Shown here: piece by piece, positions 51,999 through 63,250 of the stretch
Position numbering within the stretch: the stretch's first letter is position 1
Layout: each line of letters opens with the position of its first letter
Origin: Hydrolagus affinis
Lineage: Eukaryota
DNA: 63,250 bases
Assembly: GCA_012026655.1 (NCBI GenBank)
Contig: JAAILG010001668.1
Coordinates: forward strand, 1 to 63,250
Direction: 5' to 3'
The notes under the pieces: model-generated
What the model was told of the DNA's origin: nothing
The model's database searches: none
What the model saw: only the letters and a program-made list of their open reading frames with translations
Position numbers and translations under genes: made by a program

Positions 51999-53599
51999 CT
52001 GAGATCACAGAAATCAGAGGATTCGTGTCAGTGCGAAATAGCGCGATAACGCGAGGCCTGACAGCGAGCGCAAACCACTAGGGTGGTACCAACCCGTTGG
52101 CAGTCTAATGGGTGTTAAATTGTGAACCAGATTGATTGATCTGTGTATCTGGAGGACGTTGGCACAGAGTGGAATGTTAAGCAGGTCTGGTAGATATAGT
52201 GAATCTCTAGACTCTCCTCTTCCATGGACCCATCGGCAACTCCCAAACCTCCCCTTCCCCTCCGTCCCCAGCTCAGGTCTGAAGCAATGACTGTCTGGTG
52301 CCTTGGGACATCCTCCTGACATGAAAGGCGCTATAACCCTACACAAGTGTCATTTTTTTATTGTTGTTGTTATGTTGCCACCTCCAACCTCACCTTGAGG
52401 ATTTATTTTAAGCTCTACCTTTTCTGCAGTCCTGTAGCTTAGTGGTTAGAGCACTCACTTCTCAAGCGAGAGACCTGGGTTTGATTCCTGACGGGGAGAA
52501 ACGTTGTGCAAGTTTCCTCACTCAACACACCTCTATCATTAAAATGTTTTGATAAACATATACTACCATTGCTGAACCAACTGAGGTTTGAAATGCTTTT
52601 CACCAAACGTGTAAAACACTGAACTCCAAAGTGTTATCCATTCCAGATACAATGGAACACCTGACGATGAAGCTCGCGATTCAACAACTTTGCCCCACAC
52701 TCAGTCTGCCCTGTGTCAGCTGGGTCATAACCTTTAAGATGTCTCGAAGACATGATAAGACGCGATATCAAGTGCAAGGATTATTATTTTTTTAAAAACA
52801 TTCCTTTTAAAGTATGCAAACAAAGCACCATCTATTGCATGTTTAAGTTGAACTTCCCCTAATTTGTAAGATTTTCATTTCAAACAGTCCCATTTACACC
52901 GACCGACCGAGCGCACGGCCTTTTCTTACAGGAAATGGTCGAGTGATAAATGAAAAATGATAGTTCCTGCCTCTAAATTGCATTCGCGAGTAATGGTGCG
53001 AGTTGTGTGTGCACATCTCTGTATGTCTTTATTTTACACTCGGGAGGAAGGCCACTTAGTGGCTTCATAAAGGGTACTCCCCACCAACCCAACCCATTGC
53101 TTGACTTTAGTGTGCCTGTGATGCAGCCTTGGACATATTTTTGGGTGAGGAGGTTAGAAGGGTGAAATAAAAACTCTCACATCTGTTTTTATGAAGGTTT
53201 CAATAATAGATAATAATCCTTGCATTTGATACACCAAGTTTATTCAGTGAGGGTGGCCCCAAAATGTTTCACAGGAGTTACTGAAAAGCATAGTAATTGG
53301 TAGATTTCGTAGGCCAACATGACAGCCAATTTGCGTACAGCAATGTCCCACACAGCCACGGAGTAAATGACACATTTCATTCAGAGGAATGTTGGCCAGG
53401 ACACTTGGGAGAAATTCCCTTCTCGTTTTGAATAGTGGTATGGGATCTCTGGATGTCAGTGTTGTTAAGGTCAGTACAGATATCTACACTAGAGACTGGA
53501 CTCAGTTTTTGTGTAATAGATGCCATTTAACCACAAACTCGGCTGTACTGCATGTGCAGGGCAAAGCAAATGGGCTTCACTCAGAGACCCCCCCCCTGT

Positions 53600-54000
53600 T
53601 GTATGTCTTGTCTCTGTGAGTTTGTGATTGTCAGTGTGTGTCCCTCTCTATGTTCCCATGTCTCTCTCTCTCTCTGTGTATGTATGTATGTATGTGTCTC
53701 TATGTGTCTGAGTGCCTGTGAGTGTCTCTCTCCTCTGTTTCTGAGTGTCTCAATGTGAGTGTGTTTCTCTCCTCTGTATATGTTTGTGTGTATTTTTGAG
53801 TGTCTATGTGAGTGTCTCTCTCTCCCCTGTATGTGTGCGCGTTTATAAGTGGGAATGTGTAAGTGTCTCTCTCATTTGCCTGTCTGTGTGTGTGCTTCTC
53901 CCTCTCTCTTTGTGTCTACGAGTTTGTCAGTGTGTCTCTCTTTCTGAGAACATGCGTCTCTCTGTGTCTGTGACTATGTCTCTCTCCGCGTGTGTTTCTG
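53600..54000. repeat. Degenerate (TG)/(TC) low-complexity tract
   Basis: Directly visible; gives spurious C/V/S/L-rich ORFs. Confidence 0.85.
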
Positions 54001-56854
54001 GATCACCCAGTTTTGGTTGAAAAAATAATTATTTTTTTTACAATAATCTAATATGTAGTATTTTCTTGTGTTTATTTTTTAATCAATAAAGTGAAAAACT
54101 GTAGGCCAATAAAATATACCTCAACAGCACCAATCAACCAATTCCCTGCAATTTTCAGCAAAATCCATCAAACATTTCCCTGTATTTTTCTGCAACATTT
54201 TCAAATCTCTTTGCAGTTTTGGGGGCAAGTATTTTCACACTTTTCTATCGATACAGTTTTACAGTCACAGTTTGATATAATCCCCACATGAACTAATTAA
54301 CCTCTGTACAACAGATAGATCCAGTTTCACTCACACTCTGGTTGTTTCACTTTTGTGACATGCCAGGGACAGATTCTGAAGGATTCCCTCAGGAAAGACC
54401 ACGGCCTCCCCAATTCTAAACCACTAACAAAAGTATTTAGCAAAGGATACTGACAGCCTGATGTACAAGCAACCAAAGGTGCTCTAAAGTTAACAGCGCT
54501 ATTCAGGAAGATATTACTGGGGTTCCACAGCTGTAAAAAAAACATCTAAATGCATGGTTGCCACCTTGTCAAAGCTCATCTACAGCTTGAAACCTCGTCA
54601 GACCTGTAACTCATGACTCAGTGTGATGTACATGGATTTCCCTGCAAAAATAATACATTTATACAGTATTGCAAGATTTGTTCCTGGTAGAGAAATACCA
54701 TTAAGGCCATTGCTCTGTGAGGATGTTTTTCGAAGTCTTCTGCAAATGGGATCACTGATCACTAAAGTGGGGTCTAACTCGGCAGCTGAAACTAAAGAAA
54801 CTGTGAATCCTGAGTTTTATCTGAATCACAGGATTCACACAATCCACAGATCCAAGTTTTTCAGGGTTTGAGTGGCCTTTGCGTTTTGAATAACAACTAA
54901 TAAGAAATTCTGAAATTGCCGTGTTCAAGGCCAGTGAACAGTGTAGATAGACAGTATTTCACAGTACCGTAGCACTGCACTGACAGACACCCTTCTTTAG
55001 TAGAGTGCGTAATCATTTCCTGTGAACGTGCCGTGTCGACAGCCTCCACTAACCGCTTCCACTCACTGCAGTTACTTTACAATCATTCACGTTGAGGATA
55101 ATTCCTGCCTAGTCACTCTTATTTCTGTGTTGCACTTATTTGAAACTACTTGATATCCTGTCATTTACCTGAGCGTAAATTAAAAGCATTTTTGTTTTTG
55201 CAACAATTGCCTCCTGAATCTATTTTTGGCCTAACTTTTTCCGCTCTCCCTGCTGTATGTTCTTTGTTCCCTCTGCATCTGCTCCTTTAATGTACTTCCT
55301 CGCCCTTCCTGCTTTGAACTGAGAACAAACAATACAATGTAATAATCCTGGCTTTAACCACTGAGCTACAGTATTCCACAAAAGAATCGATCACCTGCCT
55401 TTGTCTGCTTCACAATGGAGTCATTCCTCCATGACTCAGCAAGTAGAGCCTTCTCGATGTATCGCTTCAAAGTAATTATCTCCATGAAATACTCAATTTG
55501 CAAAGCAAAGATCAGGTTTATCCCATGTTTATTACTGCATTACACTACGCAGCTGCTGCAAATACAGCACAGATGAATACCTGGGCAGAGTTTGATTCTG
55601 GATGGGGTGAAACCTTAGATAAATTTCAATACAAACACACCTATGTTTACCTAGCAGTATATTGTTAGTCGATTGATGGACTGCTTTTCTGAGGATTATT
55701 ATTATTTTTTTTAAAAATGTGATCGCTCAATCCACCACTTTTTGTGGGCTACAGCTTTGCGCAATTAGCTGGACCCTTTCGCCCACAAAATATACAGTCA
55801 CTACACATTCAGAGTTAATTATGTGAAATGCTTTGAGACAGATTGGAGACATGATAAGGCACCATATCAAATGCAAGGGTTATTATTATTTTCCACCGTT
55901 CATTGACCATTTTGATGGCTGGATGATGGGGCACAACTATAATGCATGGCATGGGTTGAGGCTTTCAAAATAATTAATAGAATTGATAAGCCAAATAAGG
56001 AATGCCTGAAGCCTTTGGTCGAGGGAATCGAAAACAAGGTGACCAGGCGATGGCAAAAACCAACGTCCAAAAAAATTATATAAACTGCAATGAAATAATA
56101 ATAATCCTTGCATTTGATCATGTTGGTGAAACGCCTCAAACGCTTCATGCTTTGGGACGTCCGCCCAGTGTGAAAGGCGCGCTACAATTGTAATTTTGTT
56201 GTTGTTGTTCACAGGATATATTGTAAAGTGAATATACTGTATATTTTGTGGGCAAACACCTGTAAATGTGGAGTCCTGTAGCTCAGTGGTTAGAGCATTT
56301 GCCTTACATGGAGAGTTCAATTGCAGGCAGGGTGAAGTTTCCTCCTTACTCCACACACCTAATAATAATCCCTTAAAAAAAACAATAATAAATTGGTCAT
56401 TTCAATCCACGACCGTATGTGAGACATTGCAATTGGCTGCCGTGCTTCACCCACATATATACAGTCACTTCACTTTACAGTATATTCTGTGAAGCAGAAT
56501 AGTGCTCCCTCCCTCCGAGCGAAAATAATGCTCGCCAATACTGAAGTCTGTCAGGAAGGCAAGTGCCCTTATTACCATCTGTGTCCTTAGCAACTTAGTC
56601 CTGTTGCCCCAAATAGTCAACCATCTGGGTGATTTGGAGAGAAGGATTGAGAGGGAATGGCGAGGTGGGTGGGGGGGGAAGATCTGACATCACAGCACTG
56701 AGTGAGAGAGGATTCCATACATCAACACACGACTGTTCGTAAGGCAGCCACACACGAACAAAAGGTCATCACTTGTATTCTTGTGCTACTGAACAAGACG
56801 GTTTATTGCCTCTTAACAAACCGTCAGACACTGGGTTCAGTGGTCGTTCCTTAC

Positions 56855-56977
56855 CTGCCTCTATTGCTTCTTGTACTTTCTCAGAATCCGCAGAAAGGTA
56901 GAGATTGGTGAGATAGGCTGTCAGATATCCAATAGGGCTATTTCCACCCGTCATACAGAACCTTTCAATCGATAGAC
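56855..56977 (-). CDS. NT5C1B: NT5C1 gene A exon 4
   Basis: ccAG|(G)[41 protein letters not shown]|GTaagg; 123 nt. Confidence 0.95.
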
Positions 56978-57890
56978 CTGGTGAAAAAGAGGTGAACGGA
57001 AGAATGAGTCAACACTGTCAGCCAAGCTAAGCATAGTTTGTTAAAGCACATGTATAATCTTGTATATGTAAAACCGGCCTTTGTACTAAATTAACAGTGA
57101 AGCAGTGGGACTCAATTTATTAGTCTATCTAATTTGTCATTTTTTTAAAAAAAATCCTGAGAGAATCAAGAATTTACAAACTGATTTGAATACTCTACAG
57201 TTCTGTTCACAGTAAAGTGTGAACATCACTAATTTGCCTACAGCAAAATGCCAGTATCCAAACAAGATAGCAAGGTTTAATTAACACTTCTGTCCTCCTG
57301 CGATTCTTACATTTAGGCTCATGCATTTGGAGGCTGGAAAATTGCTGATTACTACAGTAATAATGCTGCTCAGATCTCAAGGGCATATCATTGATGTAAT
57401 ATTAATATGCATTGGAATCATTCTAAATAAAGAGTACTTTTTTGCTCTGCTCCCCCCGTTTCCTTATTCTCTCCACCTTTCCTATATTCAAATTATTCAG
57501 AATGATTAATGATAGATTAACGATACCTTATTCAAAATGACTTTTGTTATTTGTTGCTAATATTCATTTCACATTAGTTCTTTTCTTATTTGCTTTTACA
57601 ATTTGAACGTTTTTCCACTGAATTGGCCTCCACACCTCCAAAATTCTCACTGTATATTCATGTTACAGTCACAGTCACTGAGTAACGTAGGAAAACAGAA
57701 ATAGAAGGACATTCACAGGAACAAAAAATTTAGCACCTAATGTTATTTTAACGTTCAATGCAGACGTTGACAAGTTCGAAGAGCTACGTTTACACCACTT
57801 GGGTTTCACACCAGCTGAAACGTAATTTAAGCTGTATCTCAAATGTCACTTATCGAGTTGATAAAAGAATCTATGGAGCTGTTTGTATGT

Positions 57891-58172
57891 GGATTCCTGT
57901 AGCTCAGTGGTTAGAGCGCGCATCTCGCAAGCGAGAGACCTGGGTTTGATTCCCGGTAGGGAAGAAGCTTGGGCAAGTTTCCTTACTCTACAAGGCTGAT
58001 AGTAGTCCCTCAATCCCAGACTGTTTGTGGGACACTGATGTTCGTAATTGGCTGCCGCATTTCGCCCACAAATATACAGTCAATTCCCTTTATAGTATAT
58101 TCTGTGAAGCGCTTTGAGACATCTGGAAGACGTGAATAGCGCTATATCAAATACAAGGATTATTATTATTAA
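57891..58172 (+). mobile_element. tRNA-derived SINE, full length
   Basis: ggattcctgtagctcagtggttagagcgcg...tatcaaatacaaggattattattatt. Further copies or fragments at ~1338-1530, 11650-11841, 16134-16285, 52428-52535, 55580-55890, 56269-56493, 59281-59490 and 61571-61795. Confidence 0.88.
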
Positions 58173-58604
58173 TGTATGGACAGTAAAAAGCTGATGATAC
58201 AGCTCACGAAACTCTGCACCAACAATTATATCTGATTTAACAGAACTCTGTGCTCCACTTTGCCCAAGTTCAAAGCAAATTCTGCAGTGTTGATGAATGT
58301 AGCCAATCCTGGTTATCAAGCTGCAGTGTAACTTGCGAATGATGGGATACAATAGGTTCATTTTCATATTACGCACTTTGAAAACATTGTTTGGATTGTC
58401 AAACTATTTAAAAATGGTAATAACAATAATTTTTGTTTTATGTTGTTTTATACAAAATCTTTCGCTTTATTTTGTGTTATTCTTCATTTACAAAGCACAA
58501 AAGACAGATTATTATTGTATTATTTGTTAACAAAACATTCCAATATAAATTTGGAGTCAAATGTTTCAATTCTCTCTCCTGCCTAAGAATACAGTTGATA
58601 TTTA

Positions 58605-59280
58605 CAGTAGAAGCCCATTTATCTGTGACTCGATGAACCGGCACTTCCGTATAACCGGCTCGCCAAAAAAAAGTCCCCATTCGATAAACCAGAACGGTGG
58701 AGTATTTGTAAATGCATAAATAATAACATAATAACAGAATATTGTATTGGTACTTATTGTTAAAACTACTCTCTTGCGCTTCTCACCTTTGCTGGTAGAT
58801 GCTTCGCTTGAAGCCATGAGGCTGCGGTTGAGGTTTACAGTCCAGCGATTCTTTTTAAAATGGAGGACACCAAGCGGGTGAAAAAATGGAGTGCGACTTT
58901 AAAGCCTTACTAGCGGCAAGCCGATAACCCTAGCCGATAACCCACATTGTCACGCAGGTACAGTATTTCGGCTTGCCGCTAGTAAAGTCGCGCTGCCATT
59001 TTTTTCACCCGCTTGGCGTCCTCCATTTAAAAAAGAATCGCTGGACTGTAAACCTCAACCAGTAAAAGTGAGAAGCGCAAGAGGGTAGATTTAACAATAA
59101 GTACCAAGACAATATTCTGTTATTATCTGTTATTATTTAGTCTGGTGTGTATGGTGTGTGTTAAAAGAACTTCAATTTTTTTGTGGTGGGTTTTTGGCCG
59201 TGGGCCGCCCGAATATCTGGCAGTCGTTTTGACCGGCATTGGCCAGGACCCGCGGGGGCCGGATACAGGGGGTTTTACTG
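58605..59280. mobile_element. Tigger/pogo-derived non-autonomous element with internal inverted duplication
   Basis: TA|CAGTAGAAGCCCATTTATCTG and (rc) CAGTAAAACCCCCTGTATCCG termini; minus-strand MASSEASTSKGEKRKRVVLTI resembles the CENP-B/Tigger transposase N-terminus. Confidence 0.7.
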
Positions 59281-60016
59281 TTAGCTCAGTGGTTAGAGCA
59301 CTCGCCTTACAAGTATGAGACCTGTGTTCGAATCCAGGCAGGTCAGGGCAAAGCCTTGGGTAAGTTTCCTTACTCCACACACACGCCTAATAATAATCCG
59401 TCCATTAAAAACCACAATAATAAATTTGGTCATTTCAATCCACGCAATTGGATGCCGCGTTTCGCCCACAAATATACAGTCAATTCACAATTCGCGGAGT
59501 GGGTGAGTAACGTAAAATAGCCCAGTGTTTGCTGAGCAAAGGAAGAGGGCTTGTCAGTACGATTCAAGGAGGTGACAAAGGTGGCTAAAGGGCTGATAGA
59601 TCTGAACTTAGTTCGTTGGAAGATAGGAAGCTAACAGAGCTGGGGTAAGTGGATGGACTAAGGGACTCTGGTGCCACAGATCACACAGTTCTGTCTATGG
59701 GCAGCAGAGTTTTGAATGTAGCCTGTGTGTGGAAGAAATAAATAGTTAAGGCCTCACTCAGTTCTCTGGGGAAAAAAGTTGCGAGGACGTCCCAAGGCGA
59801 TGAACAATCAGGTCGGGACTCGAGCAGGGGCGGGGTGGAGTAGGGGGAAGGAGGGTAGGAGAGGGGGAATGACTATGACAAGCTGTACAGCAAAGGGACT
59901 AGTATTCCTGTGACTGAAGAAAAAACAGTGCTTTGTTAGAAAAGTGCAGTTTGTAGACAAGTTTGAGCAATGATATACAAGTTATCAAAACAAGTCAAGT
60001 TGCTCTGTGAACCTAC

Positions 60017-60146
60017 CATAGTGATTAATGCTGTTGATCAGTCTTACTCCTACTTGGGCGTGATTATTGGTCATCAGAACAATGTCAAATATCTCATCAC
60101 TGTCGGGGTAAAGTTCACGCAGTCGCTCATTAACGTTTTCCAGTGC
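60017..60146 (-). CDS. NT5C1B: NT5C1 gene A exon 3
   Basis: ctAG|[44 protein letters not shown]|GTaggt; 130 nt. Confidence 0.95.
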
Positions 60147-62472
60147 CTAGAAGGAATGAAATCGTTAAGGACTAACAGAAGATATTTTCTGAGATCAACA
60201 TATAATATGAACGATCGTTCGAAGAAAGAAGTGCAGATATTGCATTTTGGAGACCTGCGTTGACGCTCTCTCTCCTCACCCTGTGGAACCAGTCCAGAAC
60301 CTCGATATCTTGTTTTGACTCAACAATCCCACAAGCCCTACAATCTGGACTTTCACTCACTCAGCTTTCTCTCTCTGATGCAACATTGCTTGCCTCTGAA
60401 ACCATCTTTCCCTCTAGGCTGCCAGGAAAGCCTCATCCAACACCTTCAGCATGTCCAGGTTCAATTATTCCAATGCTCTGCTCAACAGATTCCCTACACA
60501 AGCTCAGACTATACAGAACTTGCAGGGCATGTTCTATTCCGCAGCGGACTCCATAAGCCTATTACTCCAGCCGACTGCTCCCACCTCCCTTCCTCCCTCC
60601 CTCCCTCCATCCATCCTTAACTCCACTGGCCACCCATCCCTCATATTTCATAGTTATTTTCATCAAAGGCAGTGTCTGTTCTTGCAAACAAACAGCATCC
60701 CATGTGCAACCATGAGGTGAGTGACACATTATTGCATATCACACAGAACTAGATCAGATGATATAGACTGACATGTGATGAAATGTGTCTGGAAATGAAA
60801 ATGGCCATTTTCCTTGTCCTTAAAATTGTCCAGATTTACAATCTGCATCTATCTTTGGCCTCCAGTAATTTACTTTCTATATTTTACAGTTAGTTAGTTA
60901 ACTAACTAACTAACTAACTAGCTAACATCCTAAGGCGGATGGTGACCACTAACCAAAGCAGTGTGTGCGATAGCAAAGACACAGTAAAGGGTCATGTTCA
61001 TTTCAAGAAACTTTTCAACACACACCAGTCTAAATCACCTGATCTTAACCATCTCTGATTTCCCACCAACTTTGTTAAAATGCCTGAATGGAGCTCAGAT
61101 CATCTGAAATTACTGTGAATGTTTCTCCACACTATTTGTGTCTGGGAGTGTTGCTGTCACAGCAAAAATAAATTCACAATTATTTTGTATCAGAATTGCT
61201 GAGGAAGAGTGTTAGCAATCAAAAAATCACTCAAATATTTTCCTGAAACTTTTCAAACTACAGTTCAAACAAATTTTAGGACTGAAATGCTTATTCAAGG
61301 AATAAACCTAGGTGGATTCAATTGGATTATTTTTTCAAATGTCTAGACTGTGTTGTATGTGTTTAGGGGGTCAGAGATTCACACATTGCTTCAGGTCTCT
61401 TTCAAGTAAATCTTTAAAAGCAGAATGTTGAAAATGGCTGGCACTCACTTTTTCCACAGACCCACCCATACATAGTGAACCTGGGAACCAGTCCAACAAA
61501 AGCCAAGCCCATATTTAAAACTCTCCTCTGTTACCTTAATTTAAACAAACCATTTGTTCTACATATTTATAATAATAATAATCCTTGTATTTGATACAGC
61601 GCTTTTCAACCGATTGCGCGCAGCAGTGTCCCACAAACCAAAATGGCGACCAAATTATTATTATTTTTCTTGAGGGATTATTATCAGGCATGCGGAGGAA
61701 GGAAACCTGCCCAAGGTTTCAACCCTGCCGGGAATCGAATCCAGGTTGCTTGCTGGGCAAGGTGCGTGCTCTAACCACTGAACTACAGGACGCCACTAAT
61801 CCTTGCATTTGATAAAGCGCATCTTCGAGAGACACACACACACACACATCGCAGAATAGACTGTTCAGTAGATTGTTGGCAATGGTTTGGTGTCTGGGAT
61901 GTGAGGGGGGGGTGCTCTGTAAATGTAATGTTGTTGTCTGCTTTCACCTTAGGCCTCTGGTAATGACTTTGGCTATTGTAACACAGGAAAGGGTCATTTT
62001 CATTTCATGATACTTTTCGTCACTCACATCACAGTGTGGATGGAGCTGGGATAGTCTGGGAGGCCCCCACCTGGCCTGAAAATGACTGAATCTTTCTCCA
62101 CACTGTCTTGTGTCCGTCACTTATGGCTGTCACGCCACAGATAAGTACTGTACACAATTATTATTTGTTTTCAATGCCAGATTCGGCTCCCGACAGTGGC
62201 AAGAACACATCAAAACAGGGCAGTTTCAAATCAATCAATCAAAACTTATATAGCACTTTCACGTTGAGAGGACATCCCAAGTCAGGTAGGGACAAGAGGG
62301 GGGGGGGGGAAGGGGTTGGGACAGGATGAAGGAGAGTAGGCAAATTGACTGTATATTTGTGGGCGAAACGCGCAGCCAAATTGCGCATAATAGTGTCCCA
62401 CAGTCAAGGCAGTGGGGTTAGGGGAGACAGGGGGGGGATGAAAGGTTCATTCAAGTGTTAAACGTTGAATTA

Positions 62473-62740
62473 ACACACACACACACTGACAGCAAAACAG
62501 CTCTACTCTGTGACACACACACACACAGCAAAACAGCTCTACCGTGACACACACACACAGCAAAACAGCTCTACTGTGACACACACACACAGCAAAACAG
62601 CTCTACTCTGTGAGACACAGACACACACACACACAGACACACAGCAAAACAGCTCTACTGTGACACACACACACACAGACACACAGCAAAACAGCTCTAC
62701 TCTGTGAGACACACACACAGAGACACACACACACACACAC
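62473..62740. repeat. Compound minisatellite (ACAGCAAAACAGCTCTAC(TC)TGTGA + (CA)n), about 6 units
   Basis: Directly visible in intron 2 of gene A. Confidence 0.9.
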
Positions 62741-62771
62741 AGAGAATGGGCAGTGGCAGCCCTGACTTCAC

Positions 62772-62939
62772 CTTGACGAATTGGAAAGCTGGACCTCTCA
62801 TCAGAGGCTCGTTCTCGTGTTCCTGCTGGTGCCTCACGTAGCTCTCCAGGCCCCTCTCCTCATAGATCTCCCTCTCCTCCACCATGTTAAACAGGCACCG
62901 AGAGGACACGGCGATGGTGATGGCATACTGAGGCTTGGG
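62772..62939 (-). CDS. NT5C1B: NT5C1 gene A exon 2
   Basis: tttttAG|[56 protein letters not shown]|GTgaag; 168 nt; typical NT5C1 sequence. Confidence 0.95.
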
Positions 62940-63043
62940 CTAAAAATAACACAGAGAGAGAGGGAGAGAGGGGGAGGGAGGGAGGCTGATTACTGTGGCA
63001 TGTTATAGCCTCTCTCACACACACACACTGATACACTACTCAC

Positions 63044-63175
63044 AGTGCGTGGCTTTGATTTAGAGGCGAGGCTTGCGTAAGGATCCTTGACTTTGCCCAG
63101 GTTTTTGGTCTGTTCATTGCTGGCGTTCTTGGCTTGGGGAGAGCTCTCACTCTTGGGGACCTTATTGTCGCTCAT
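63044..63175 (-). CDS. NT5C1B: NT5C1 gene A (cytosolic 5'-nucleotidase 1B-like), coding exon 1
   Basis: ATG at 63175; MSDNKVPK...KSKPRT (44 aa) ends at a GTGAGT donor in phase 0; polypyrimidine+CAG acceptor 15 nt upstream of the ATG (exon edge 63190). 1B versus 1A is judged from residues such as [15 protein letters not shown] and GARVLKT and is not certain. Confidence 0.8.
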
Positions 63176-63250
63176 GCTGGGGAGGGTTTCCTGTGGGGGG
63201 GTGGGGAGAGGGGGTAATAAGAGCTGTGTATGAGAGGGAGAGAGAGGGAG

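Noticed and set aside
54090-55000. Unique-looking intronic stretch with short ORFs
   Set aside because: No recognisable homology; may be an old TE relic.
62473-62740. Repeat-spacer pattern resembling a CRISPR array
   Set aside because: Spacers are (CA)n rather than unique, the context is a vertebrate intron, and there are no cas genes.

Overview
Vertebrate genomic DNA, about 40% GC by eye and rich in tRNA-derived SINEs plus L2 and CR1 LINE fragments. The repeat landscape suggests a cartilaginous fish, probably a chimaera; this is inference. The minus strand carries two tandem cytosolic 5'-nucleotidase 1 (NT5C1, HAD family) genes. Gene A (63175->50870) is intact and NT5C1B-like, with 6 coding exons and 366 aa. 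Gene B (43187->36626) is a divergent paralog whose last exon exists as two separate copies, at 11133-11435 and 3283-3603. The ~30 kb after its DGD-motif exon holds a heavily decayed, intron-poor dynein heavy chain motor on the same strand. AAA1-AAA4, stalk, AAA5, AAA6 and the C-terminal domain appear in order from ~36.1 kb to ~7.35 kb, cut by TEs, and one NT5C1 last-exon copy sits between its AAA5 and AAA6 parts. Several MITEs (hAT-like and Tigger/pogo-like) and simple repeats are also present. Dynein assignments come from manual motif comparison against remembered consensus and need tBLASTn/HMM confirmation. Exons are numbered by homology to gene A; TE boundaries are approximate.
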